This document shows, piece by piece, positions 39,482 to 51,767 of a DNA stretch of 64,000 nt. Each line of letters opens with the position of its first letter. Position 1 is the stretch's first letter. The translations under genes were made by a program, and so were the position numbers. The notes beneath the pieces are model-generated. The model searched no databases, was not told where the DNA came from, and saw nothing but the letters and a program-made list of their open reading frames with translations. The DNA is from Eledone cirrhosa (taxonomy: Eukaryota). The stretch covers positions 82,460,001 to 82,524,000 of the forward strand of contig OZ024744.1 of assembly GCA_964016885.1 (NCBI GenBank). Direction: 5' to 3'.

Positions 39482-41468
39482 ATGGCTAATTCACCACTGC
39501 ACGAAGAAGCTGAAAGCCTTTCTCACAAATTAACACCTCACACCGACACCACCATTGTAAATGATTATACGTCTTCCAACACAAACAATTTAAGCACTAG
39601 CAATATTTTAAATTTGTCTCAGGCAGACATTCATTTCCCGCCATTACCAATGACTGCAGGTGTTAAAGCCGCCACCACCACCACCGCGACAACCCCCACC
39701 CCACCTCCACCGCGACAACCCCCCCCCCCACCACCACCGCGACAACAGAAACAAAAGGAAAAAATAAATCAACTCGTGATGTCGAAATATTTTCAACCAA
39801 AATGGACTCTCCCAAACCGAACTTCACTGACGTCACCACCACCACAACTGAAACTAAAATTAATAATAACAAAAATAACGATGGCAACAACAACAACAAT
39901 GACATAAAAAAACCACCCTGAGTTTTGCCAGAGTAGCAAAACAGTTCGAAGCATTTACGGTAACTCAGGAGGATTTAGAAAATGCCAAACAAATGGTAAA
40001 GAAAGATGGGTACAGGGTCAGCCTCACCCCCCTACCTAATAAAATGGAGCATCGGCGCCTATGCACCGTGTCGTATCGAACAATAAATGTAAAATCGCGC
40101 CGAGTGGAACGGGCATCCGAGTCCCAAATCCAAAAAGCTTTGGGACATGTGCGGGAGAGAAAAACCCACATCAGACGTGGGCAGAAGTATGGAACCGTGG
40201 ACGTGTTCTTTGAAACACCAGAGGAGGCTAGAGAACACTCCATGGCCCCATTAAGAAGTGACAACTTCACACTCGTCCCAAGCTATTGTGGCCAGAGACT
40301 CGTTCCACCGGCCATCGAAATTCCCTGGCTAATAGCGGCCGTCCGCACCTGTATCGAAGCCAACACAAAGATAATAGCAATAGCCAAAGAAAAGCAGGAG
40401 AACTGGTCCGGATCTGGGATGGAGCTCCTGATCCAAGCGGACCAAAAAAGCATTGAGGAGATCCCAGAGGTAATAGACCTCACTGACGGCAGCCACCTCA
40501 CCGTAATTGTCGAGGGCAGAAGGCCTAGGTGTGTCGTTTGTGGTGAAGGAACCCACCTAACGGCTTTCTGCCCTCAGGCTAAAAGGTTGAGGCCACCTCT
40601 CCTACCCACCCCAGTGACTCAACCATCAACACCACCAGTAGCAGAGATGGCAGCAACAACTGTAGCAGTAACAACAGAAGCAACTATAACAGCAACCACC
40701 CCAGCAACAGTAGCAAAACCAAAACCACCACCACCAGCAAAACCAACACCACCACCACCCAACGCTTCAGAACTAGCACCAGCGCCTACACCATCCACCA
40801 CGCCACAACCAAAATTAACGCCTGTGGAGGATTTTCCACTCCCCGGCCTATCACAACTGTAGACAGATTGTGACGACGAGGAGTGGGAAACGGTATCAGG
40901 AAAAAAAAAAGAAACCAAAAAAGAAAAAATTCTCTTCCTTTCCCCTCCAAAAACAAAATACTGAGGGAAACAAATAAATTAACAAACATAAAAGTTAGGA
41001 CAGATATGCTACCACCCACACCAGCATCACCAACCCTGATCACCCCAAACACCAACACCATCACCATCATTAACCGCAACACCACAATCACCTACACCAC
41101 AAAAGTTACCAAAATGCGAAACAGAAACAAACCCACAACAAATGCCAACAAAACAAAACAACCAAAACGATACACACTACACAGCATTAAATTTGAACAA
41201 CAAGCAATTATTACACTACATCTAACACAACACCAGCATCACAGAAAAAGACTACACAACAATCCAAAAATTCACACCACCTCCACACATACAAATCACT
41301 CACATCACACAGAAAACGTACATGACACTAAAACAAAAATTCGACAAAGACATCGGAGACTTCCGACAAGCACTCTCCAGGAGGATTTATAAAGACATCC
41401 TTCCTGAGGAGGCCACAAGCAGTGAAAAGGATGGAAAAACCGTCCTTCCTCTACGAGAAGTCAGATGA
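39482..41468 (+). pseudogene. ORF1 (gag-like, CX2CX4HX4C), disrupted
   Basis: RRPRCVVCGEGTHLTAFCP; frameshifts and stops. Confidence 0.8.
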
Positions 41469-41502
41469 GTGGTCTTTCCCATCTTTTTCACTCCTTTTCA
41501 AC

Positions 41503-44500
41503 ATGACCTCACTCAGAATAGGCAGCATAAATGCGCGTGGCTTGGGGTCGTCATGGAAGCAGGGCCACCTGCTCAACGACCTCAGGTCACTAAACATAGA
41601 TGTAGTGGCCATCAGCGAGACCAGAATCTCCGCAGCACGGGCCTTCGCACCGATCTTCGGCGGCTACGATGTGTACGCATCTCCCAGCCGTCCGGGATCG
41701 GGGGAGGAGTTGCTGTGCTTTTTCGGAGAGGTTTGGATCTTGCCATACTGGCCATCTTCCTAGAACCAGAAGCTAAGCTGGTGGTGCTAGACGTGACCAG
41801 CGGAGACGGGAAAGCTTCCAGGTTAGTGGCCGTCTATGCCCCGACAGGAGCAGGGCGGCCTGATTTCTTCCGGCGTCTGGAGACCGTTATTGGAACGTCC
41901 CGCTCTTTAGTGTTAGTGGGCGACTGGAACGGGATCTTAGATGCACGCTGGGATTGTGTGGGATTAGTGGATAGGGAAGGAGGGTGCAAGAGTCTCACCA
42001 ACCTGCTCAGGCGTTTTGAACTGTCTGACAGGTACCGATTGGATTTCCCGAATGTACCAATGTGGACTTGGACAAATCGCATAGGCTCATCCAGATCATG
42101 TCTAGATAGAGTATTTTGTAGGGAAATAGATAGGTCTAGCATAGGCTGTCCACAATTCAAGATAGTCAGCTACACGGACCACAAATTCGTAATCTGTATG
42201 CTTGACTTAGATAGGCTTCATAGACGAGGACCCGGCTACTGGAAACTAAACGCATCCTTACCAGCGCGCAAGGCCGACAGAGACCGGATTAGCGAACTAG
42301 TGAAGCGGGCGTTGACGGGGGTCATCGTCAACAACAAGTGGTGGTTTGCTCTGAAAAGAGCAATTAGAATAGAGTCCATTAGGTTTAGTAAGGCTTTAGC
42401 AATAGAGAAAAATAGAGCAGAGGGAGATTTAGTTAGAAAATTAGACGAGGCGCTTTGCAAAGGCATTGTGTCCGACGTGCTTGCGGCGAAATTGGCCCTT
42501 GACCAATTCTTCAGTGCAAAGCACGAAGGCTGCGTTGTCAGAGCTAGGGTGCGTGCTCTTAGACACGAGGGGACGAAAGCCGTTCAATGGGCCCGAGTGG
42601 CCGAGGCGCGTCGTGGCAACAAAGCCACGATCCGGTCTTTGGTGGACCACGACGGGCGCATGCTACTCTATCCCGGGCAAATGTGTGAAGCTTTTCAGCG
42701 ACACTTCGCTCAGCTGTTCGGGGGCAGCGGTGGGCCGCGTCGAGGGATGGACTTTAGTGTCTACCTCGACGGACTGCCGCGGCTCTCGGCCACTGACGCG
42801 GAGTGTTGCGAAAAGCCGATAACAGCCGCTGAAGTAAGGGAGGTAATGACTGGCTGCAGAAGGGGTAAATCGCCTGGTTTGGATGTTCTGCCATATGAAC
42901 TTTACGTACAGATGCCAGACTTGTTCGGAGGCCTCTTGGCGGACCTCTACTGCAACTGGCAACAGAACTGGAGAATTCCCAGTTCTGTAAACCGAGGAGC
43001 AGTGGCACTGCTGAGAAAGGATCCGAACAAGGAGGATAACATAGATAATTTCAGGCCCATAACTCTGCTAAACACAGAGCTCAAGATTTTGGCCAAGGTG
43101 CTAGCAAAGAGGTTGGCGCTTGTCGTTGGTAGTCTGGTGGGAGAGGCGCCGACATGCGCTATTCCCGACAGATCCATCCACGACAACCTCCATCTCATGC
43201 GATACATCGTAGAGAGGGTAGCTAGGGACCTGTAACGGGTGGGTCCTTCATCAATTTAGATCAGTCGAAAGCTTTCGATAGGGCCGACCATCGTTTCCTA
43301 GCGGCAGTCTTGAGGGCGGCTGGCTTTGGGCCCGACTTCAGAGGCTGGATCGCTGCCATGCACAGCGACATCTGCTCTGTGGTGAGAGTGAACGGTCACC
43401 TGTCGGAACCGTTCAACATCATGCGCTCTGTCCGCCAAGGATGTCCCCTCTCGTCCCTCTTGTATGTATTTACTCTCGAGCCATTACTGCACAAACTGGA
43501 GACGTTGAGAACTAGGATGCGGAAGATCCGTGTCAGCATATGCGGACGATGTCACCGTAGTGGTGTCGAACGCCAAACACATCGAGGCGATCGGCACTAC
43601 ACTAAGAGAATACGAAGCGGTGACAGGAGCAATGATCAACCAGGAAAAGTCAGTGGGCCTGCAGCTCGGCACCTGGAGAGGCAGGTCCATGCCGTCCAAC
43701 AGCGTCGTCGGACGCTGGACGGACGGACCGGTTAAATTGCTAGGGGTCTGGTTCGGTCCGGACCTGTAGAGGGACGAAAACTGGGACGAGGTGACGAGCA
43801 GGGTGGCTTCTCTCACCCAGAAATGGGCGGAGAGGAAGCTATCCCTGAAAGGTCGAGCGGAGGTGGCTAACGCGTACATCGCGTCTGTCATCTGCTACCG
43901 CCTGACCGTTGTACCTTGTCCTAAGCCCCGCCTGACTGCGCTGGAGCGTTTGCTCTTTCGCTTTTTGTGGAAGGGACGCGCTCCGATGGTCAGGCGGTCC
44001 ATCTGCTGTCAACACCCGCTACGTGGAGGGCTAGGAATGCCGTGGCTGATGATGCGCAGCCACGCGCTCAGGCTACGACATCTCCACCTCTTCCTCGACG
44101 GTGATCAGGTGTGGTCGCTGTTTGCTAGACACGTCTTTCCCCAGCTCGTTTCTTTGACGGAGCTGCTGTCCTGGGTCAAGCGAAGACCGAGAGGGAGCGC
44201 CTGGAGACTGGAATGTCTTCAGGCGCTCACAGCCCTCGACCAATCGGGCAATGTGATCAGTGGAAACTCCACCTCGGCGTTCTATAGAGGATTAGTGGAG
44301 GGGAAGAGCGACGACGTACTTGGGGAAACTCTAGCCGTCGACGAAAATCAACTAGCCAATCTCTTCGGAAGAACTTTCTGGCCGGGACCTTTGGACAACT
44401 TCCAGAAATCCCTGGCCTGGCAGTGCTACCGAGGAGCCTTGCCAGTTCGGGATAAACTCTACAGGCATGGAGGTGCCGTCAGCCGGGCATGTCCGAGATG

Positions 44501-44874
44501 CGCTCAGGGCGACGAAACCGTCCTGCACGCACTCGTCCAGTGTCCGAAAATTGCTGACTTGTTGGCTTATGTCGAACACCTGCTGTCGCGTGTAGGACGG
44601 ATCCGGCTAACATCTGAGTCCATCGTGAGGGCAGGCAGTTTTTATCTGTCTGGTAGCCATGGCAAAAGAGATAGTATGGTGGACACGTTTGAAAGGGCTG
44701 AAGACGAGCACTTACCTCTTCGGTGATGCCCTGATTAACTGTTTCAAATTTCATTTGAAAAGGAAAATCAGGGTAGAGAGGGAAGTGCTCTCTTCCCAGC
44801 ATTTTATTGAAAGATGGGTGAGAGAAGCAAGAATGGCCCGAGTGAATGGGCCTACTCTGAGTACGTATCTGTAA
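41503..44874 (+). pseudogene. ORF2: APE endonuclease plus reverse transcriptase, disrupted
   Basis: SINARGL, VYAP, GDWN, LDRVF, TDH; KSPGLD, NFRPITLLN, QGCPLS, YADD; CPRC..ETVLHALVQC; several frameshifts and stops. Confidence 0.92.
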
Positions 44875-45152
44875 ATTAAAGGTGGAAAACTGGGAGAGGG
44901 CACTTGCCTTGGTGGTCAGGGTCACTGTGGCCTTTTACTGGGCTTTATCCACAAATGTCCCTCCGAAGTCTCCCCCCTATTGGGGAATTTTTCATTGTTA
45001 TTTTTTTGTTACATCCTCTGTTTTTGTTCTTTACACGCAGAAATGCCCATTTGTAACGTCCTGTATTGTCCTGCACTGTCCTTAATGTCTACTTTATGTA
45101 AACCCTTGTGGTTAATAAAGAAATCATTATTATTATTATTATTATTATTATT

Positions 45153-45719
45153 GAATGCCATGGTTGACGGAGGCTCGGCTCTGTAAGGTATAGTAATTTT
45201 TAACCGCTATAACAATTGTAAATTGTTTAAAACTTTAATCAAATTGTAGACAAAAACACCCTCCTCCTTGTGAGAGGGGTCTTTCTGCCCGTTATTTGGC
45301 TCTTCAGGGTTAAATAACCGCTTATTGGGGTTTTGTGCCCAATATTCATTTTAAACCAAAAAAAAAACATGGCTACAAAAAAGAATTTTCACAAGTCACT
45401 CCCCCTCATTCCGTCTTCTTCTTCAATCGTCACTACACCAGAGAGAAGATTGTCTCTCTCCCTCCCTTCTCTTTCGCAAGCGACGCCAGTAAAGAAAAAG
45501 AAAAATATAGTTTCTGATAGTTTCCAAGAACACGTGCAAACCGTGGAACATTTCTCCACGACGACGACAACGACGAAAAATATGTGCGGTAAATACGGAA
45601 AGCCATTTCATTCGTCTGACGTCATGAATAATAGCAGTAGCAGCCGTAATAACAGCAGCAGCAGCAACAGTGACAAGGAAAACAATAGTAGCAGCCGCAA
45701 CAGCATCAGCAGCAGCATA

Positions 45720-45750
<31 letters not shown>

Positions 45751-48700
45751 ACGACAACAGCAGCAGCAACAACAACAACCACCACAGCAACAGCGCGGCG
45801 GCAGTCGTAGTACCAGCAGCAACAACAAAAGTAACAGCAGCTCTGACGACAACAACAACAACAACAAGAAAGAAAAATCAATCTCGTTTGCAGGTATCGC
45901 AAAAAGCCTGGAAACCATCCTTATAACAAATGAGGAATTACAGGAAGCAAAGAAGATGGTGACGAAAAGCGGACACCGAGCAATCTGCAAGGCAGCCGAA
46001 ACATTTTTCGAAACCCAACAACACTGTACGGTCACGTACCGTACAGTAAGCACAAAATCCCGTAGGGTTGAAAGAGCCACATAGGCTCAAATACAAAAAG
46101 CCTTAGGGTCTGTGTGGCAGCGGAAAACGCATATCACCCGAGGCAAGAAATATGCCACCGTGGACGTGCTTTTTGCCACACTCCAGGAGGCAAAGGCTCA
46201 ATCCTTAGTGACTCTAAGGAGCGAGGAAATGGTGTTGGTGCCTTCCTACTGCGGGCAAAGAATTGTGAGGGTCAAACTGACCCCCCCCCCCCCGGGATGG
46301 CCCCTTCTTGGCTGGCCGCGTCTATCCTCGTCAGAATCGAGGACAAAACAACTGTACTGCAAGTACAGAAAAAAGTACGAGAAGATTGGGTCGGCGCTTC
46401 CATTGAGATGTTAATCCAAACCAACCAGGAGTGCATCGAAGCTATCCCAGATGTGATAGACTTCGATAACGGCACTCAACTTTCCATAAGTGTTGAGGGC
46501 AAACGCCCGAAATGCTTTCGCTGTGGGTCGAAGACTCACCTCAGGGCCTTCTACAATAAGAAGACCCTGAGAAAGGAGAACCCCCCTCCTTCCGAAACCG
46601 GCTCCACTGCTACCAGCAAGAGGTCAGGCGGCAAGCAGGAAGGATAAGTCCGTGGCACCCATACGCACGTCACGGAAATCAAGAACAGCAGCAGCAGTGG
46701 AAGTATTAACAACAACAGTAATACCAACTGCAGCTGCAACAGAGACTCCACTGCAAACATCACCAACAACAACAAGTGAAAGGTGGAGCTGGTACCCCTC
46801 CCCGACCTCACAGAATCAGACATGGAGTGTGAGGTGGGAGAGGGATGGCAAAAGGTCGCAAGAAGGCACAAACGCAGAAGCAGCGCATCGTCGCCTTCGA
46901 AAAGGGAGGAAAGAAATGAAAAAAGGGTAAAGGCTACTGCAAAGAGACTTACAGCAGCAACACCACCAACACCATCACCAACCACACTAGCACCACCATC
47001 ACCACTGGAGACAACCCCACCGCCAACAACAACAACACCACCACCGCAAGCACCAACATCGCAAACACAACAACAAAACACACACACCCAGCAACAACGA
47101 CAAGAAAATAGCAGAACCACACCCCACCCCCAGAAAAACAAATGCACAGCAATAAATACACACAACAAGAAACTAATGACTTACATAATTGAACACACAG
47201 ACATTTCACAGCACGACTACATAATACCAGCACCAATCAAAACACCAACGAACATAAGACTAGTAAGAATATCACAGAAACAATTCACTACCATTAAAAT
47301 GAAATTCCCCAACGCAGTTGGTGATTTCAGAGACCTAGGAGGGACTCTCAACCGGAGAGTATATTCGGATATACTCATAGAAGAGCCGACGACCAGCCGA
47401 AGGGACGGTTCAACGGTCCCTTCACCAGACGATCAAGTGAAAAGGGATGGAGAAACTATCCTTCCTCTACGAGATGTAAAGTAAGTGGTCTTTCCCATCT
47501 TTTCCACTCCATTTCAACATGACCTCACTCAGAATAGGCAGCATAAATGCGCGTGGCTTGGGGTCGTCATGGAAGCAGGGCCACCTGCTCAACGACCTCA
47601 GGTCACTAAACATAGATGTAGTGGCCATCAGCGAGACCAGAATCTGCGAAGCACGGGCCTTGGCACTGATCTTCGGCGGCTACGATGTGTACGCATCTCC
47701 CAGCCTTCCTGGATCGGGGGAAGGAGTTGCTGTGCTATTTCGGAGAGCTTTGGATCTCGCCATAGGGTTCATCTTCCTGGACCCAGAAGGTAAGTTGGTG
47801 GTGCTGGACGTGACCAGCGGAGACGGGCAAGCTTTCAGGCTAGTGGCCGTCTATGCCCCGACAGGAGCAGGGTGGCCTGATTTCTTCCGGTGTCTGGAGA
47901 CCGTTATTGGAACGTCCCGCTCTTTAGTGTTAGTGGGCGACTGGAACGGGATCTTAGATGCACGCTGGGATTGTGTGGGATTAGTGGATAGGGAAGGAGG
48001 GTGCAAGAGTCTCACCAACCTGCTCAGGCGTTTTGAACTGTCTGACAGGTACCGATTGGATTTCCCGAATGTACCAATGTGGACTTGGACAAATCGCATA
48101 GGCTCATCCAGATCATGTCTAGATAGAGTATTTTGTAGGGAAATAGATAGGTCTAGCATAGGCTGTCCACAATTCAAGATAGTCAGCTACACGGACCACA
48201 AATTCGTAATCTGTATGCTTGACTTAGATAGGCTTCATAGACGAGGACCCGGCTACTGGAAACTAAACGCATCCTTACCAGCGCGCAAGGCCGACAGAGA
48301 CCGGATTAGCGAACTAGTGAAGCGGGCGTTGACGGGGGTCATCGTCAACAACAAGTGGTGGTTTGCTCTGAAAAGAGCAATTAGAATAGAGTCCATTAGG
48401 TTTAGTAAGGCTTTAGCAATAGAGAAAAATAGAGCAGAGGGAGATTTAGTTAGAAAATTAGACGAGGCGCTTTGCAAAGGCATTGTGTCCGACGTGCTTG
48501 CGGCGAAATTGGCCCTTGACCAATTCTTCAGTGCAAAGCACGAAGGCTGCGTTGTCAGAGCTAGGGTGCGTGCTCTTAGACACGAGGGGACGAAAGCCGT
48601 TCAATGGGCCCGAGTGGCCGAGGCGCGTCGTGGCAACAAAGCCACGATCCGGTCTTTGGTGGACCACGACGGGCGCATGCTACTCTATCCCGGGCAAATG

Positions 48701-51169
48701 TGTGAAGCTTTTCAGCGACACTTCGCTCAGCTGTTCGGGGGCAGCGGTGGGCCGCGTCGAGGGATGGACTTTAGTGTCTACCTCGACGGACTGCCGCGGC
48801 TCTCGGCCACTGACGCGGAGTGTTGCGAAAAGCCGATAACAGCCGCTGAAGTAAGGGAGGTAATGACTGGCTGCAGAAGGGGTAAATCGCCTGGTTTGGA
48901 TGTTCTGCCATATGAACTTTACGTACAGATGCCAGACTTGTTCGGAGGCCTCTTGGCGGACCTCTACTGCAACTGGCAACAGAACTGGAGAATTCCCAGT
49001 TCTGTAAACCGAGGAGCAGTGGCACTGCTGAGAAAGGATCCGAACAAGGAGGATAACATAGATAATTTCAGGCCCATAACTCTGCTAAACACAGAGCTCA
49101 AGATTTTGGCCAAGGTGCTAGCAAAGAGGTTGGCGCTTGTCGTTGGTAGTCTGGTGGGAGAGGCGCCGACATGCGCTATTCCCGACAGATCCATCCACGA
49201 CAACCTCCATCTCATGCGATACATCGTAGAGAGGGTAGCTAGGGACCTGTAACGGGTGGGTCCTTCATCAATTTAGATCAGTCGAAAGCTTTCGATAGGG
49301 CCGACCATCGTTTCCTAGCGGCAGTCTTGAGGGCGGCTGGCTTTGGGCCCGACTTCAGAGGCTGGATCGCTGCCATGCACAGCGACATCTGCTCTGTGGT
49401 GAGAGTGAACGGTCACCTGTCGGAACCGTTCAACATCATGCGCTCTGTCCGCCAAGGATGTCCCCTCTCGTCCCTCTTGTATGTATTTACTCTCGAGCCA
49501 TTACTGCACAAACTGGAGACGTTGAGAACTAGGATGCGGAAGATCCGTGTCAGCATATGCGGACGATGTCACCGTAGTGGTGTCGAACGCCAAACACATC
49601 GAGGCGATCGGCACTACACTAAGAGAATACGAAGCGGTGACAGGAGCAATGATCAACCAGGAAAAGTCAGTGGGCCTGCAGCTCGGCACCTGGAGAGGCA
49701 GGTCCATGCCGTCCAACAGCGTCGTCGGACGCTGGACGGACGGACCGGTTAAATTGCTAGGGGTCTGGTTCGGTCCGGACCTGTAGAGGGACGAAAACTG
49801 GGACGAGGTGACGAGCAGGGTGGCTTCTCTCACCCAGAAATGGGCGGAGAGGAAGCTATCCCTGAAAGGTCGAGCGGAGGTGGCTAACGCGTACATCGCG
49901 TCTGTCATCTGCTACCGCCTGACCGTTGTACCTTGTCCTAAGCCCCGCCTGACTGCGCTGGAGCGTTTGCTCTTTCGCTTTTTGTGGAAGGGACGCGCTC
50001 CGATGGTCAGGCGGTCCATCTGCTGTCAACACCCGCTACGTGGAGGGCTAGGAATGCCGTGGCTGATGATGCGCAGCCACGCGCTCAGGCTACGACATCT
50101 CCACCTCTTCCTCGACGGTGATCAGGTGTGGTCGCTGTTTGCTAGACACGTCTTTCCCCAGCTCGTTTCTTTGACGGAGCTGCTGTCCTGGGTCAAGCGA
50201 AGACCGAGAGGGAGCGCCTGGAGACTGGAATGTCTTCAGGCGCTCACAGCCCTCGACCAATCGGGCAATGTGATCAGTGGAAACTCCACCTCGGCGTTCT
50301 ATAGAGGATTAGTGGAGGGGAAGAGCGACGACGTACTTGGGGAAACTCTAGCCGTCGACGAAAATCAACTAGCCAATCTCTTCGGAAGAACTTTCTGGCC
50401 GGGACCTTTGGACAACTTCCAGAAATCCCTGGCCTGGCAGTGCTACCGAGGAGCCTTGCCAGTTCGGGATAAACTCTACAGGCATGGAGGTGCCGTCAGC
50501 CGGGCATGTCCGAGATGCGCTCAGGGCGACGAAACCGTCCTGCACGCACTCGTCCAGTGTCCGAAAATTGCTGACTTGTTGGCTTATGTCGAACACCTGC
50601 TGTCGCGTGTAGGACGGATCCGGCTAACATCTGAGTCCATCGTGAGGGCAGGCAGTTTTTATCTGTCTGGTAGCCATGGCAAAAGAGATAGTATGGTGGA
50701 CACGTTTGAAAGGGCTGAAGACGAGCACTTACCTCTTCGGTGATGCCCTGATTAACTGTTTCAAATTTCATTTGAAAAGGAAAATCAGGGTAGAGAGGGA
50801 AGTGCTCTCTTCCCAGCATTTTATTGAAAGATGGGTGAGAGAAGCAAGAATGGCCCGAGTGAATGGGCCTACTCTGAGTACGTATCTGTAAATTAAAGGT
50901 GGAAAACTGGGAGAGGGCACTTGCCTTGGTGGTCAGGGTCACTGTGGCCTTTTACTGGGCTTTATCCACAAATGTCCCTCCGAAGTCTCCCCCCTATTGG
51001 GGAATTTTTCATTGTTATTTTTTTGTTACATCCTCTGTTTTTGTTCTTTACACGCAGAAATGCCCATTTGTAACGTCCTGTATTGTCCTGCACTGTCCTT
51101 AATGTCTACTTTATGTAAACCCTTGTGGTTAATAAAGAAATCATTATTATTATTATTATTATTATTATT
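45153..51169 (+). mobile_element. Tx1/L1-clade LINE copy B (ORF1 type 2; chimera of C 5' half and A 3' half)
   Basis: ORF1 ~45369-47484 nearly identical to copy C; ORF2 from ~47900 onward matches copy A at an offset of 6017. Confidence 0.92.
47519..50891 (+). pseudogene. ORF2: APE plus RT, disrupted
   Basis: 577-aa open N-terminal part, then the same lesions as copy A. Confidence 0.92.
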
Positions 51170-51736
51170 GAATGCCATGGTTGACGGAGGCTCGGCTCTG
51201 TAAGGTATAGTAATTTTTAACCGCTATAACAATTGTAAATTGTTTAAAACTTTAATCAAATTGTAGACAAAAACACCCTCCTCCTTGTGAGAGGGGTCTT
51301 TCTGCCCGTTATTTGGCTCTTCAGGGTTAAATAACCGCTTATTGGGGTTTTGTGCCCAATATTCATTTTAAACCAAAAAAAAAACATGGCTACAAAAAAG
51401 AATTTTCACAAGTCACTCCCCCTCATTCCGTCTTCTTCTTCAATCGTCACTACACCAGAGAGAAGATTGTCTCTCTCCCTCCCTTCTCTTTCGCAAGCGA
51501 CGCCAGTAAAGAAAAAGAAAAATATAGTTTCTGATAGTTTCCAAGAACACGTGCAAACCGTGGAACATTTCTCCACGACGACGACAACGACGAAAAATAT
51601 GTGCGGTAAATACGGAAAGCCATTTCATTCGTCTGACGTCATGAATAATAGCAGTAGCAGCCGTAATAACAGCAGCAGCAGCAACAGTGACAAGGAAAAC
51701 AATAGTAGCAGCCGCAACAGCATCAGCAGCAGCATA

Positions 51737-51767
<31 letters not shown>

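Larger units (their letters stand above)
39270..45152 (+). mobile_element. Tx1/L1-clade LINE copy A (ORF1 type 1)
   Basis: ORF1 with CCHC knuckle; ORF2 APE-RT-zinc finger; AATAAA followed by a (TTA)n tail. Confidence 0.92.
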
